Below the pieces are notes generated by a model. The model was not told the origin of the DNA, did no database searches, and saw only the letters and a program-made list of their open reading frames with translations. A stretch of 64,000 nucleotides of DNA from an uncultured bacterium. GTDB taxonomy: Bacteria; Chloroflexota; UBA5177; JANWHV01. The DNA is taken from positions 64,001 through 128,000 of the forward strand of contig CAWHAE010000012.1 of the NCBI GenBank assembly GCA_963827235.1, given 5' to 3'. The position numbers and the translations under genes are program-made. Below, piece by piece: positions 39,808-50,528 of the stretch; position 1 is the first letter of the stretch; each line of letters starts with the position of its first letter.

Positions 39808-42210
39808 GTGGTGGAGCACGAGCATCCGGACACGGAGCCACCCTGCACGCGGGATGCGGCAGGCCGGGGGGACATCTACGAGCTGCTGGGCTTCGCCACC
39901 ATGAGCGGTGAGGACCCCCTCAAGCTGTGGGCACGGTTGCGCGACACGAGGGAGTGGCTCGTGGGACCCCTCGCCCCCGATGCGTGGGCCGGCCAGGTCT
40001 TCGTCGCCGACCATGCCGACATCTTCGCCTTTCGCTTTCTGGCCCTGCCCGCCGGGTGGTCGGCCGAATGCTCGGGCGACCACCCGGCGATGGCGGCGGC
40101 GGAGCGCTTTGCCGGCTGGTGGTCCGGCTCGGCAAGCTGGTGGGAGCAGATCGGCCCCAAGGCGCCCGACGACTCCTATGCTCACATGTCCTGGCGAATG
40201 CCGGACGGCGGTCCCGCGGTGACCTACGAATGGGCCCGGACCGCCGACAATGAGGTGGTATGCCGCGTCACCCTATCCGAGTCTGCCGACCTCGTCGTGC
40301 AGGCGTACGTTCCCTGGGACGACCAGGCGCCGCGCTTCTCGGTGCTCTACTCCGAGTCAGCGGACCGGCGCTTTCTGCGTGGGCGCTCCTGGGTGCCCGG
40401 CACGCGTGACGGCATGCGCTGGGTGCTCGGATTCAGCACCTGCCCTGCGGACACCTCCCGGCAGGCTCTGGCCGCTCACACCATGCCCCGGGACGTGCAC
40501 CGGGGGCGCAAATGGCACGGCTATTTCCGCGGCCAGCGGACGCTCTACCTGTGCGGGCGCCAGGGCCGGACGTACGAGGCCCTGGAACGGGCGGTGAGCG
40601 ATCGCCTCGACGCGCAGGCGATCGACGCGCTCCTGGCGGCGAACCGGGATCGCTATCTGCGGACCCGGCCCGACGGACAGGGTTGGCTCGCCGGCGTCCC
40701 GGCGGCGATCAACGATCAGGTCCAATGGAGCGAGGTGTACACGCCGTTGCGGCGGCGGCCCTACATCACCGTCAGCCGCTCCTGGGCCGAGGAAAACAAC
40801 TCATGCCCGGACTTTCTCTGGGACAGCTTCTTCAACGCCCTGCTGATCTGCCAGGAAGACGAAGCCCGCTGCTTCAACATGGTGAGAGACATCGTCTCCT
40901 GGCAGAACGACCAGGGAATGTTCGCCCAGTACGGCCAGTGGATCGGCCATCCCGAACAGTGGAAGTTCCCGATTGCCTGGGGACACACGCAGTACCCAAT
41001 CGGCGCCCTCGCCGTGGCGAAGATCTACCTCCGGCGGCCCAACAGGGCGTTCCTCGAAGAAGTCTACCCGCGGTTGCTCAGAGCGCACCGCTGGTTCTTT
41101 GCCGATCGTGGCGACGGCCAGCCCTGGCGCGACGGCAACCGGAACGGCCTCCTGGAGTTGGGAGCCAACTACCCCGCCGAGATCCCGTACGCGGATCGGC
41201 AGCAGGTCGCCTACTTCGAGTCGCACGACGACAGCCCGCAGTGGTGGAACGTCGCTCGTTACAACGAGCACACGCAGACGATCGAGCAGGACGTGGTGGA
41301 GCGAAACTGCCTGTACGCGCTGGACTGCTGGGTGCTCGCCTGGATGGCGGGAGTGCTCCGCCGGACGCAGGAAGCACGGGAGCTGGAGGCGGAGCACGGC
41401 GTGATGGCGGAGCGGATCAATCGCCTGCTCTGGGATCCGGCGCGAAGCTGCTACTTCAACCGGCGCTGGCAGCCCGTGCACGGGGATCCGTTCTTCCCCC
41501 AGGTGGCGCCCGACGTTTTCTTCTCCCTGCTCGGGAAGGTGGCGGATGCCGAGCGCCGGGAGCACCTGCGCGCGATCTTTCACGATCCCGCGAGATTCGC
41601 CGGCGAGTGGATCCTGCCGACGATCAGCCGGGACGATCCTGCATATACCGGGCAGCACTACTGGCGGGGCAAGGTGTGGGCGCCGATCAACTGGTTGGTC
41701 TACCAGGGCTTCAAGCTTCATCAGTGGGACACCGAGGCGCGGATGCTGGCGGAGTCCAGCGCCGCCATGTTCCTGCGGCAATGGCGAGAACTCGGTCATT
41801 GCTACGAGAACTTTCTGTCCACGACCGGGGAAGGCTCGAGCGACCCGCACTACACCTGGGGCGCACTGATGGCGTTGATCGCGGTGGAGGAGCTGATCGA
41901 TGCCAACCCCTGGCACGGTCTGCGTTTCGGCAATCTCGATCCGGTGGCGGACGCGGCGATCGAGCGTTACTACGTCGCGGGGTCGCACTACGATGTGGCG
42001 ATGTCGTCGCGGCACGTGGAGGTGAGGAAGGACGACCGCCCGCTCTTCTCGTCGGATGCTCCGGTGGAAATCCGCCACGTCCGCTTCGAGCAGGACGAGG
42101 TCCGTTTCGAGCTGCGGTCGGCGAGTCCGTGCACGCTCGCCGTGGGATCAGGCCGGCCGACGTCGTACTCGCCGGGAACTCATCGAGGCGCCGGCCGCCT
42201 TCACGCATAA
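39808..42210 (+). CDS. (alpha/alpha)6 glycoside hydrolase, GH63/MGH1/trehalase-like
   Basis: FLWDSFF, ES..DDSP, YWRG.VW.P.N, ENF, YTWGAL. Confidence 0.85.
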   Translation: MVEHEHPDTEPPCTRDAAGRGDIYELLGFATMSGEDPLKLWARLRDTREWLVGPLAPDAWAGQVFVADHADIFAFRFLALPAGWSAECSGDHPAMAAAERFAGWWSGSASWWEQIGPKAPDDSYAHMSWRMPDGGPAVTYEWARTADNEVVCRVTLSESADLVVQAYVPWDDQAPRFSVLYSESADRRFLRGRSWVPGTRDGMRWVLGFSTCPADTSRQALAAHTMPRDVHRGRKWHGYFRGQRTLYLCGRQGRTYEALERAVSDRLDAQAIDALLAANRDRYLRTRPDGQGWLAGVPAAINDQVQWSEVYTPLRRRPYITVSRSWAEENNSCPDFLWDSFFNALLICQEDEARCFNMVRDIVSWQNDQGMFAQYGQWIGHPEQWKFPIAWGHTQYPIGALAVAKIYLRRPNRAFLEEVYPRLLRAHRWFFADRGDGQPWRDGNRNGLLELGANYPAEIPYADRQQVAYFESHDDSPQWWNVARYNEHTQTIEQDVVERNCLYALDCWVLAWMAGVLRRTQEARELEAEHGVMAERINRLLWDPARSCYFNRRWQPVHGDPFFPQVAPDVFFSLLGKVADAERREHLRAIFHDPARFAGEWILPTISRDDPAYTGQHYWRGKVWAPINWLVYQGFKLHQWDTEARMLAESSAAMFLRQWRELGHCYENFLSTTGEGSSDPHYTWGALMALIAVEELIDANPWHGLRFGNLDPVADAAIERYYVAGSHYDVAMSSRHVEVRKDDRPLFSSDAPVEIRHVRFEQDEVRFELRSASPCTLAVGSGRPTSYSPGTHRGAGRLHA

Positions 42211-42426
42211 CGCTCGTGCCGATCGATTGGCGTGATGTTGCGCGGCCTGCGGCCCGGTCTCGAGGCGCCGGTGCGCTGCCGGCGAGGTGAATACGGTGCA
42301 CTTGCGCGGCTCGGCTCGCCCGAGGTAGGTTTGCAGTTCGGGGCGGGAGATCGCCGCTGAGCCGTCTCCCCTCCGTGTAGGCCGCGCGCGACAGGCCGCG
42401 GAGAGCGGGGCGAAGCAGGTACGAAG

Positions 42427-44244
42427 GTGTCGAAGCAGCATTGGTGGGCTCGTATCGTCTGGCGGCTAACCCACCGTCTCCACTATCGTCTCCTCTCGGC
42501 GATAGTGCTGCTGGTGCTGTTGCAGACCGTGCTCTGGGCCGTTCTTTCCCTGTCGATCGCCACGCCGATCGCACGCGACCAGGCGGTGCAGGACCTCACC
42601 GATCTGGTGCAAAGCGCCGGCGGGCGCGTCGACCGGACCATGAGCACGGTCGATGGCCTTTCTCTGCAGATCGTCGTCGACACGTCGGTGCAGAGCACGT
42701 TGCAGCGGGAGGCGCAGGGCATCGCGATCAACTACTACAACCAATCCGACAATTCCCCCGTCGAGAATGTGATCGCCCGCGCGCTCTCCTGGACGGATCT
42801 CTCCTCCCTGAAGATCGGGGTGCTCGGACCACGTCGAGCCACATACGGCGAGCCGCCTGCCATGGGCTGGCACCTGAACGTCGACCCGCAGTTCGAGGCG
42901 GCTCTCGCGGAACATGATCAAGCCAGCCTTCTGCGCTGGACCGCACCCTATCTGAGCACACAGCCCTCGGATAACCATACTACCCTCTGGGTGGCGGCAG
43001 TACGGCCCGTGCTCGACTTCCAGACACTCAAGAACATCGGGATTGCCGTGACGGAGCTACCGGTCAGCCAGCTCGGCCTGGAGTTGCCTGCCACATCTCC
43101 CGCCGGGCACCGTCAACTCGCTCTCTTCAGCTCAAGCGGGCGCCTGATCTTCGCCACGACCGCCAACGTGCCGGTGGGGCCGATAGGGGCGCAGCTCGAG
43201 GCGCGGACGAGCGGCGACGTGATCTGGCAGGGCCAGCGGTACGTTATGGTCACGGAGCGACTGCAGCACGCTGGTTGGATCGCGGTCGGTTTCGTCCCCT
43301 GGGCCGACGCGAATCTGATCGTCACGCAGATAGAACGCACGATCGGCGCTGCCGCCGTCGTCGAGTTGTGCCTGGCAATCGCCATCGCCTGGCAGGTGTC
43401 GCTGCAGATCAACCGCCCTCTGCAGCGCCTTCTCACCGGTATCCGGCAGGTGCGCACGGGGCAATGGTCGGTCAGCGTGCCGGTAACGCCGCCGGACGAG
43501 ATTGCAGAGCTGAGCACGAGCTTCAACGCCATGGCCGAACAGATACGCCTCACCATGGCGTCGCTGGAAGAGACGAAACGGCGAGAGCTGAACGCGCGGC
43601 TCGAGATGTTGGGTGGGCAGATCAATTCGCACTTCCTGTTCAACGCGCTCGAGGTGATCACCTGCGTCGCCTACACCGAGGGGCCGGAGGCAGTGACCCG
43701 GGTGGCTGTAGCCCTGGGCAAGCTTCTTCACTACACGCTGGACACCCACGAAGGCCTGGCGAGCGTGGCGGAAGAGGTCAAGCAGGCCGAGAACTATCTC
43801 CTGATCCAGAGCGAACGATTCGAGGACGTGCTTTCCTACCGTGTGGACGTCGACCCGGCCGTGCAGACCGTCGTCATGCCGCGCTTCTCGCTCCAGCCGC
43901 TGGTGGAGAACGCGGTGAAGCACGGCGTGTACCCGGCGAACCGCGCCTGTACCATCACCGTGCGCGCGTACCGCGACGCCGATCACGTCGTGGTAGAGGT
44001 GGAGAACGACGGCGTCGACATTCCGGCGGCCCGGGCCGTGGAGCTGGCGGAGGGCCTGCGGGCGGAATCCGCCACGGCGCTGGGCATTGGGCTCATGAAT
44101 GTACATCGCCGCCTGAAGCTCCACTTTGGCTCCAGCGGCGGCGTGGAGATTGATGCGCGCACGGGGGCCACGATCGTGCGCATCCGTTTGCCGATCGCCG
44201 GGCCAAAGGAGATGCACGATGTATCACCTGCTCATGGTGGATGA
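42427..44244 (+). CDS. YesM-like sensor histidine kinase
   Basis: Two TM helices, HAMP, QINSHFLFNAL, LQPLVENAVKHG, GIGL.NV. Confidence 0.92.
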   Translation: MSKQHWWARIVWRLTHRLHYRLLSAIVLLVLLQTVLWAVLSLSIATPIARDQAVQDLTDLVQSAGGRVDRTMSTVDGLSLQIVVDTSVQSTLQREAQGIAINYYNQSDNSPVENVIARALSWTDLSSLKIGVLGPRRATYGEPPAMGWHLNVDPQFEAALAEHDQASLLRWTAPYLSTQPSDNHTTLWVAAVRPVLDFQTLKNIGIAVTELPVSQLGLELPATSPAGHRQLALFSSSGRLIFATTANVPVGPIGAQLEARTSGDVIWQGQRYVMVTERLQHAGWIAVGFVPWADANLIVTQIERTIGAAAVVELCLAIAIAWQVSLQINRPLQRLLTGIRQVRTGQWSVSVPVTPPDEIAELSTSFNAMAEQIRLTMASLEETKRRELNARLEMLGGQINSHFLFNALEVITCVAYTEGPEAVTRVAVALGKLLHYTLDTHEGLASVAEEVKQAENYLLIQSERFEDVLSYRVDVDPAVQTVVMPRFSLQPLVENAVKHGVYPANRACTITVRAYRDADHVVVEVENDGVDIPAARAVELAEGLRAESATALGIGLMNVHRRLKLHFGSSGGVEIDARTGATIVRIRLPIAGPKEMHDVSPAHGG

Positions 44245-45502
44245 CGAGCCGAAGGTACGCTGGCGCGTACAGCACATGGTCGACGGTTTCGAGCTGGACT
44301 GGGACTGCACGAGCGCCGGACACGGCGGCGAAGCGCTGGACATTCTCGAAGACGGTGGCATCGACCTCGTCGTCACCGACATTCGCATGCCGACCATGGA
44401 CGGCCTGGCGTTCCTGGAGGAGCTGCGTGGACGCGGCAACCGAACGCTGGTGGCCATGCTGAGTGCGCACACGGATTTCGCCTACGCGCGGCAGGCCCTG
44501 CGGCTGGGGGCGCTCGACTACCTCGTCAAGCCGCTCGATGCGCCCGACCTTCGCAACGTGCTGCTTCGAGCGGCACAGATACTTGCCGTCGAGGTTCCCG
44601 GCAGCCAGGGTAGGGATCAGGAGGGTGCCAACGGCGATCTCCTGAGAGTTCGGCTGCTGATGGAGCTTCTCGAGGGGCATCTTCCAATCCACGATTGGCA
44701 CGCGCGGGCGGGAGCGCTGGGCATCGACGCGGTGGCCGGCCGCGTGGTATCCGTGGGGTACGAGCAGGAAGCGCACGACGCCGTGAATCAGTGGGTTGAA
44801 GGGCTGCAGAGACTGATCGCGCACGACCAGGCGGTGCTGAGCATCGTGTGGGATCGGACTCAACTCTCGCTCGTGCTCCTGGCCCGCTCCAACGCAGGGC
44901 CGCCGGGATCGAGCACGACCGGCTTGACGAGCTCGCCCGCCGCGCGGGCTATCTGCGCATGTCCGGTCGAGGGCGCGCAGGTGGGTGCCGGCAGCGTCTG
45001 TGCGATCGACCAGCTCCGGTCCTCGTATCTGGAGAGCTTGCGGGACCTGCACGAGCATGCGGGCCCCGGCTCCGGCCGGCCGCATGCATCCTGTTCGTCG
45101 CGCCCGGCCGGCGCCGTCTCCGCCAGCGCCCAGCACGCCGTAGAGCAGGCCTGCGCCTGGCTTGCCACGCACTACGCGCAGACCGTGACGCTGGCCGACA
45201 TCGCGCGCGCGGTGCACTTCCATCCGAAGTATCTCTGCGCGATATTCCCGGCCGTCACCGGCCGGAGCTTTGGCGAGTACCTTGCCGCCGTCCGCGTCGA
45301 GCGCGCGAAGAGCATGCTGGTTGAAAGCTACATGCCCTGCCACGCCATTGCCGAGGCCGTGGGCTACCAGAACGAGCGCTGCCTGGCGCAGGCCTTCCGG
45401 CGGCTGGCAGGGATCACGCCCACGGAGTATCGCCAGGCGCACGCCGCGCGGGCGGATCTGCTCGTAGCGAGCGGCGAGCCGATCGAAGACGCCCGATCAT
45501 AG
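44219..45502 (+). CDS. YesN-like response regulator (REC + AraC HTH)
   Basis: VDDE, TDIRMP.MDG, DYLVKP, C-terminal AraC GITP.EYR. Confidence 0.92.
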   Translation: MYHLLMVDDEPKVRWRVQHMVDGFELDWDCTSAGHGGEALDILEDGGIDLVVTDIRMPTMDGLAFLEELRGRGNRTLVAMLSAHTDFAYARQALRLGALDYLVKPLDAPDLRNVLLRAAQILAVEVPGSQGRDQEGANGDLLRVRLLMELLEGHLPIHDWHARAGALGIDAVAGRVVSVGYEQEAHDAVNQWVEGLQRLIAHDQAVLSIVWDRTQLSLVLLARSNAGPPGSSTTGLTSSPAARAICACPVEGAQVGAGSVCAIDQLRSSYLESLRDLHEHAGPGSGRPHASCSSRPAGAVSASAQHAVEQACAWLATHYAQTVTLADIARAVHFHPKYLCAIFPAVTGRSFGEYLAAVRVERAKSMLVESYMPCHAIAEAVGYQNERCLAQAFRRLAGITPTEYRQAHAARADLLVASGEPIEDARS

Positions 45503-45855
45503 GGCATGCTGTCGCTCGCCGGCACACCTGACCTCGAGTGCCTTACTCCCAATGACACAATCTGACTTCGCAACGTTGTGCTCGGTTCCGACCTGACCTA
45601 CAGTATCCTCACTGGAGCCCGCGCCTCGCCGACGCCGCGAATGGCGGCCGTGAGGGTCCGGCACTCGGTACCGAGAGAGCGAGCGGCGGTCGCTCCAGTC
45701 GCCGGCTCGCCGGGACAGCATGACGAAGAGGTTCCCTGGGAAGGAGGCGCTCGATCGAGGAAGATCAGCCTGACCCGATGGCACAGCCCGCCGTCTGGGG
45801 GGCTGTCATGGTGCCAATATCGGTCATTATGCGTTCATTTGCAAGGAGCACACCT

Positions 45856-47190
45856 GTGAAGAATCGATTGCGCGCTGCCCGCGTCGCCGGTGCGTTGACA
45901 TTGCTGTTGGCATCGCTTGCATATACCGCGACTCCGCCGGCCTCGGCTGCCGGCCAGGTCACCATAAAGCTGACCACATGGGACACCCCTGGGCCGATCG
46001 AGAAGGCGGTCAAGGTCTACGAAGCTGCCCATCAGAACGTCACGGTGCAGGTGACCCAGATCCCCTATACCCAGTACCTGACTCGCATCAACACGCTACA
46101 GGTGTCGGGATCGATCCCGGACATCTACGAGCTCCAGGAGTACAATCCCCCCGTCTACGGCGCCAAGGGCGTCTTGCAGCCGCTCGATTCCTACCTGAAG
46201 GCCGATCTCACCTCTGCGGACATGGAGCCGCAGGCGCTGCTGCGCTCCAACGGCAAGACCTGGGGTATCGCCGGCGGGCTCGCGACCATGGCGCTGTACT
46301 ACAACAAGGCGCTGTTCCAGAAGGCCGGCGTCACGCCGCCTCCCACTGATCCGGCTCACCCGTGGACATGGGCGCAGTTCGTGTCGGCGGCGAAGAAGCT
46401 GACTGTCGATGAGAATGGGAAGCATCCCGGAGACGCCGGGTTCGACGCCAACAAGATCAAGGTCTACGGCACGAACGAGCAGACTGGGTGGCTGTACCTC
46501 CTGCCCATGGTGCGCTCGGCGGGCGGCGGCTTCTTCAGCAGCGACGGCATGAAGATCACGCTGACCAGCGCGGCTTCGCAGAAAGCCCTGCAGGCCATCG
46601 CCGACCTCTCCCTGGTCGATCACGTGGCGCCGAGCGCCAGTCTCTCGGCATCTTTCCCGGCGGCGGCAACCATGCTGATCAACGGTCAGATGGCGATGGA
46701 CTATGACGGCACATGGAACCTGGCAACGTTCAGCGCGGCGAAGTTCAGCCCCGGCATCGCGGCGATTCCAGAGTTCGCCAAGCCGCAGAACAGCGTCTGG
46801 GGCGCGGGCTACGTGATCAGCAAGAACTCGAAGAACCCGGCGGTGGCCTGGGACGTGCTGCACAGCATCCTCGCCACTGCCACCTTCTACAAGGAAGGTG
46901 GCAATCTGCCTATCTTCAAGTCCTGGTACACGGACGCCGCCAAGATCGCCCTGTGGACGAATCCTGCCGTGCAGCCCGCCGGCTTCATGTCCGTGGTCCA
47001 GGGCACGGTCAACAATACGACGATCGGTATCCTCGGGGAAAACGTCTGGGTGAAGAACTTCGGCCAGATGATGGACAACTACGTGACGCCCGGACTCGAC
47101 GGCGTGTGGACCGGACATTCGACTGTCTCCGATGCCACGGCCACGGTCTCCAAGCAGGTCCAGTCTCTGCTTGCCGGTGCCTGGAAATAG
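45856..47190 (+). CDS. Sugar ABC transporter solute-binding protein
   Basis: Signal peptide, PDI, LYYNKALF, WTW..F...AKKL; AAGGAG RBS. Confidence 0.92.
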   Translation: MKNRLRAARVAGALTLLLASLAYTATPPASAAGQVTIKLTTWDTPGPIEKAVKVYEAAHQNVTVQVTQIPYTQYLTRINTLQVSGSIPDIYELQEYNPPVYGAKGVLQPLDSYLKADLTSADMEPQALLRSNGKTWGIAGGLATMALYYNKALFQKAGVTPPPTDPAHPWTWAQFVSAAKKLTVDENGKHPGDAGFDANKIKVYGTNEQTGWLYLLPMVRSAGGGFFSSDGMKITLTSAASQKALQAIADLSLVDHVAPSASLSASFPAAATMLINGQMAMDYDGTWNLATFSAAKFSPGIAAIPEFAKPQNSVWGAGYVISKNSKNPAVAWDVLHSILATATFYKEGGNLPIFKSWYTDAAKIALWTNPAVQPAGFMSVVQGTVNNTTIGILGENVWVKNFGQMMDNYVTPGLDGVWTGHSTVSDATATVSKQVQSLLAGAWK

Positions 47191-47373
47191 CCTGCAGTCG
47201 GGCAGAGAGGTGGGGCCGGAACCGTTCTCCGGCGCCGCGAGACGGCGCGGGGTTCCGGCCCGCCCTCCGCAACGGTGGGCGGCGCCCTGCCGCCCTGGCG
47301 GCCGTCCCGGCGGACGCAGCTTGTGCCGCGTCGTCATTGCCACATACGGCCCGGATCGAGTGGGAAAGACAGC

Positions 47374-48342
47374 ATGAAGGTGACACCGTCGCCGGCCGGA
47401 GGCGATTCTGCCGCGGCTGTGCAGCGCTGGCTCTCGCGTGCGGCAGTGCGGCGCAATCTCTGGGGATACCTGTTCATCGCGCCGGCAATCTTGGGCTTCA
47501 TTCTGTGGACCGCCGGACCCATGATCGTTAGCCTGGTGCTGAGCTTCACGCAGTGGGACATGCTGTCGGATCCCCGCTGGATCGGCTTCGACAACTTCCG
47601 CACCATGCTCACCGGCACCGATCCGCTGTTCTGGCAGTCCGTCCAGGTTACCGCCGTCTACACGGCGCTCACCGTACCCCTGGTGGCGGTCGTTGCCAGC
47701 CTCGGGCTCGCCATGCTCTTGAATCGCCGGATGCACGGTGTAGGGCTGCTGAGGACGGTCTTCTATATGCCGAACGTCGTTCCTCTGGTAGCCAACGCCG
47801 TGCTCTGGGCCTTTCTCTACGGGCGCGACAACCCGCAGTGGGGACTGCTCAATCAGATCATCGGCTATCTCGGCATTCCGCCGCAGCCATGGCTGCTCGA
47901 TCAGGGCCAGGTCATACCGTGCATCGTGTTCATGACCATGTGGTCGAGCTCGGGCGCGGCCATGATCATCTACCTGGCAGGGTTGCAGGGTATCCCCGAG
48001 CAGTTGTACGAGGCAGTGGCGATCGACGGCGGTGGCGCCTGGGCACGGTTTCGCCACGTCACCTTCCCGATGATCACGCCGCTCGTGTTGTTCAACGTGG
48101 TCCTGACGTTTATCGGTTCGGTGCAGGTGTTCGTGCAGCCGTACATGATGACGAACGGCGGTCCCGGGAACAGCACGCTGTTCTACATGCTCTACCTGTA
48201 TCGCAGCGCCTTCCAAAACCAGGCAATGGGCTACGCCTGCGCGATGGCCTGGGTGCTGTTCATCGCCGTGGCGGTGATCAGCGGGCTCGTCTTCTGGTCG
48301 TCGCGGTGGTGGGTCTACTACGAGGGAGACATCAGAGGCTAG
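47374..48342 (+). CDS. Sugar ABC permease (UgpA/MalF-like)
   Basis: EAA loop LYEAVAIDGGG; GYA.AMAW. Confidence 0.92.
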   Translation: MKVTPSPAGGDSAAAVQRWLSRAAVRRNLWGYLFIAPAILGFILWTAGPMIVSLVLSFTQWDMLSDPRWIGFDNFRTMLTGTDPLFWQSVQVTAVYTALTVPLVAVVASLGLAMLLNRRMHGVGLLRTVFYMPNVVPLVANAVLWAFLYGRDNPQWGLLNQIIGYLGIPPQPWLLDQGQVIPCIVFMTMWSSSGAAMIIYLAGLQGIPEQLYEAVAIDGGGAWARFRHVTFPMITPLVLFNVVLTFIGSVQVFVQPYMMTNGGPGNSTLFYMLYLYRSAFQNQAMGYACAMAWVLFIAVAVISGLVFWSSRWWVYYEGDIRG

Positions 48343-49208
48343 TGGCAGCGATCAGTAGTACTCGCCGGTTCGATCGGCACAGCGTGGGCCGCATCGCGGG
48401 GCGAATCGTGTTCTACGCACTCATGGCTCCACTCTGCCTCGCGTTCCTCTTCCCGTTTCTCTGGCTGGTGCGAAGCTCGTTCATGACTCAGGCCGAGATC
48501 TTCACCATGCCGGTACAGTGGCTCCCGCGTCAGTTGCTGTGGTCGAACTTCTCGGATGCGTTCAACTATGCGCCGTTTGGGCTCTACTTCCGAAACACCT
48601 TCATGATCGAAGCGTTGAATATCGCCGGCACGGTGTTCAGTGCGAGCTTCGTCGGTTTCGGCTTCGCGCGCATTCAGTTCTGGGGCAAGAACGTGCTCTT
48701 CACGATCCTGGTGGGCACCCTGATGCTGCCGAGCGTCGTGACACTCATTCCCACGTTCATCATCTGGCACCAGATAGGTGCCATCAACACGTACTATCCC
48801 ATGTGGGTGCCGGCCTTCTTCGGCAACGCCTTCTTCATCTTCATGGTGCGGCAATTCTACATGACGATTCCCCGCGACTATGACGAGGCGGCGCTGATCG
48901 ACGGAGCGAGCTACTTCACGATCTACTGGAAGATCGTGCTTCCACTATCCCGGCCCGCGCTCGTAGCCGTAGCCATGTTCACCTTCCTCCAGGTCTGGAA
49001 CGACTTCCTCACGCCGTTGATTTACCTCAACGACACGGATCTCTACACCGTCGCCTTGGGCCTTCAGGCGTTCGTGGGGCAGTACAACACACAATGGAAC
49101 CTGCTCATGGCAGCCTCTACGGTGACGGTCCTTCCCGTGGTGATACTCTTCTTCCTTGGCCAGCGTTTCTTCATCCAGGGCGCGACGCTGAGCGGACTCA
49201 AGGGCTAG
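48342..49208 (+). CDS. Sugar ABC permease (MalG-like)
   Basis: DEAALIDGA, WNDF..PLIYL, SGLKG. Confidence 0.92.
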   Translation: MAAISSTRRFDRHSVGRIAGRIVFYALMAPLCLAFLFPFLWLVRSSFMTQAEIFTMPVQWLPRQLLWSNFSDAFNYAPFGLYFRNTFMIEALNIAGTVFSASFVGFGFARIQFWGKNVLFTILVGTLMLPSVVTLIPTFIIWHQIGAINTYYPMWVPAFFGNAFFIFMVRQFYMTIPRDYDEAALIDGASYFTIYWKIVLPLSRPALVAVAMFTFLQVWNDFLTPLIYLNDTDLYTVALGLQAFVGQYNTQWNLLMAASTVTVLPVVILFFLGQRFFIQGATLSGLKG

Positions 49209-49211
49209 CAC

Positions 49212-50528
49212 ATGGAAGAGATGATGTTGAGCGCGGATCGCGGTACCGCCCAGGCACGGAGCCTCATCCAGCCGGCCACGCTGTTGTCGCCGGATCTCGA
49301 TTTCGATGCTCGGGATCGGGCTATACTCCGGGAGCTCGCCGCCGAAGCGGCCGAGCTCGCCCGGCGGCCTATCGAGCTGGAGAAACGAGAGCTATGGCGC
49401 CGGCATAACGCGCTGGAGCGCACCCGCCCGATAGTCTACGTCTCGCCGGAAAACGCCTGGAACGAGATCTTTCCACCCGCATCCCTGCGCTGCAAAGAGA
49501 CCGTGGCGCGAGAGTGGGAGATGCGCCTGCGGCAGCAGGTGTTCTACGGCCGGCACATGGGCGACGATTACGCCATCTTCCCCTTCTTCGGCGTGGATTA
49601 CGTGCGCGAGGAGCCGGACTGGGGACTCTCCCCGCGGCGCGTGGGAGAAGCCGGCAACGCGGCCTACACCTGGATTTCGCCCATCGTCTGCGCCGAGGAT
49701 ATCGAAAGGCTGCATCCGCCGATCGTGCGCGTGGATTTCCAGGCGACCAGGCACCTGCTCGCTCTGGCAGGCGACATCTTTGCCGACGTGCTGCCCGTGC
49801 GCGTGGTGTCTCGCTGGCCCGGCTCGGTCGGGCTGACACGAGCTCTGGTAGACCTGCGCGGCATGGAGCAGGTGATGTTCGACATGGTCGACGCTCCTGA
49901 CATGCTGCATCGCCTGATGGTGCTGTTGCGGGACGGCACGGCGGCCCTGCTCGACGCCTTCGAGGCGGCGAAGCTGCTGGATCTCAATAACGACGGGAGC
50001 TACGTCGGGTCCGGCGGCCAGGGATGGACGGACGAGCTGCCGCGTCAGGACTACGCGGGTGTGCCGCGGTTGTGCGACCAGTGGGGCTTTGCCGACAATC
50101 AGGAGACGGTGGGCATCTCGCCGCGCATGTTCGAACGCTTCATCGCCCCGTACGTGGCAACGCTGATGGATCGCTTTGCACTCAACTGCTATGGCTGCTG
50201 CGAGCCCCTGGAAAAGCGCTGGCGTGTGGTCGAGCAGCTTCCCCGGTTGCGTCGAATCTCCGTCCCGCCGGCCTCCGATCGCCGGCAGATGGCGAACGCG
50301 CTCGAGGACCGGTATATCTACTCGATGAAGCCGAGCCCGACCGATCTGGCGATGGATACCTTCGATGAGGATCGCATTCGGATCGATATGAGGCACGATC
50401 TCGAGGTGACCAGGGACTGTTGCCTCGAGATCATCATGAAGGATACGCACACGATCCGCGGCGATCCCGGCAGACTGCTGCGCTGGGTGCACATCGTGCG
50501 CGAGGAGGTGGACGCGCTATGGCGATGA
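49212..50528 (+). CDS. UroD/MetE-like fold conserved hypothetical protein
   Basis: LRGMEQ.M.D, QETVGISP.MF..F, YGCCEPL, EIIMKD.HT. Confidence 0.75.
   Translation: MEEMMLSADRGTAQARSLIQPATLLSPDLDFDARDRAILRELAAEAAELARRPIELEKRELWRRHNALERTRPIVYVSPENAWNEIFPPASLRCKETVAREWEMRLRQQVFYGRHMGDDYAIFPFFGVDYVREEPDWGLSPRRVGEAGNAAYTWISPIVCAEDIERLHPPIVRVDFQATRHLLALAGDIFADVLPVRVVSRWPGSVGLTRALVDLRGMEQVMFDMVDAPDMLHRLMVLLRDGTAALLDAFEAAKLLDLNNDGSYVGSGGQGWTDELPRQDYAGVPRLCDQWGFADNQETVGISPRMFERFIAPYVATLMDRFALNCYGCCEPLEKRWRVVEQLPRLRRISVPPASDRRQMANALEDRYIYSMKPSPTDLAMDTFDEDRIRIDMRHDLEVTRDCCLEIIMKDTHTIRGDPGRLLRWVHIVREEVDALWR

Noticed and set aside
46096-48216. Long antisense or alternative-frame ORFs (this 706-aa ORF, 40512-42290 and many similar)
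   Set aside because: Shadow ORFs of GC-rich genes; the overlapping frames carry the recognisable motifs.
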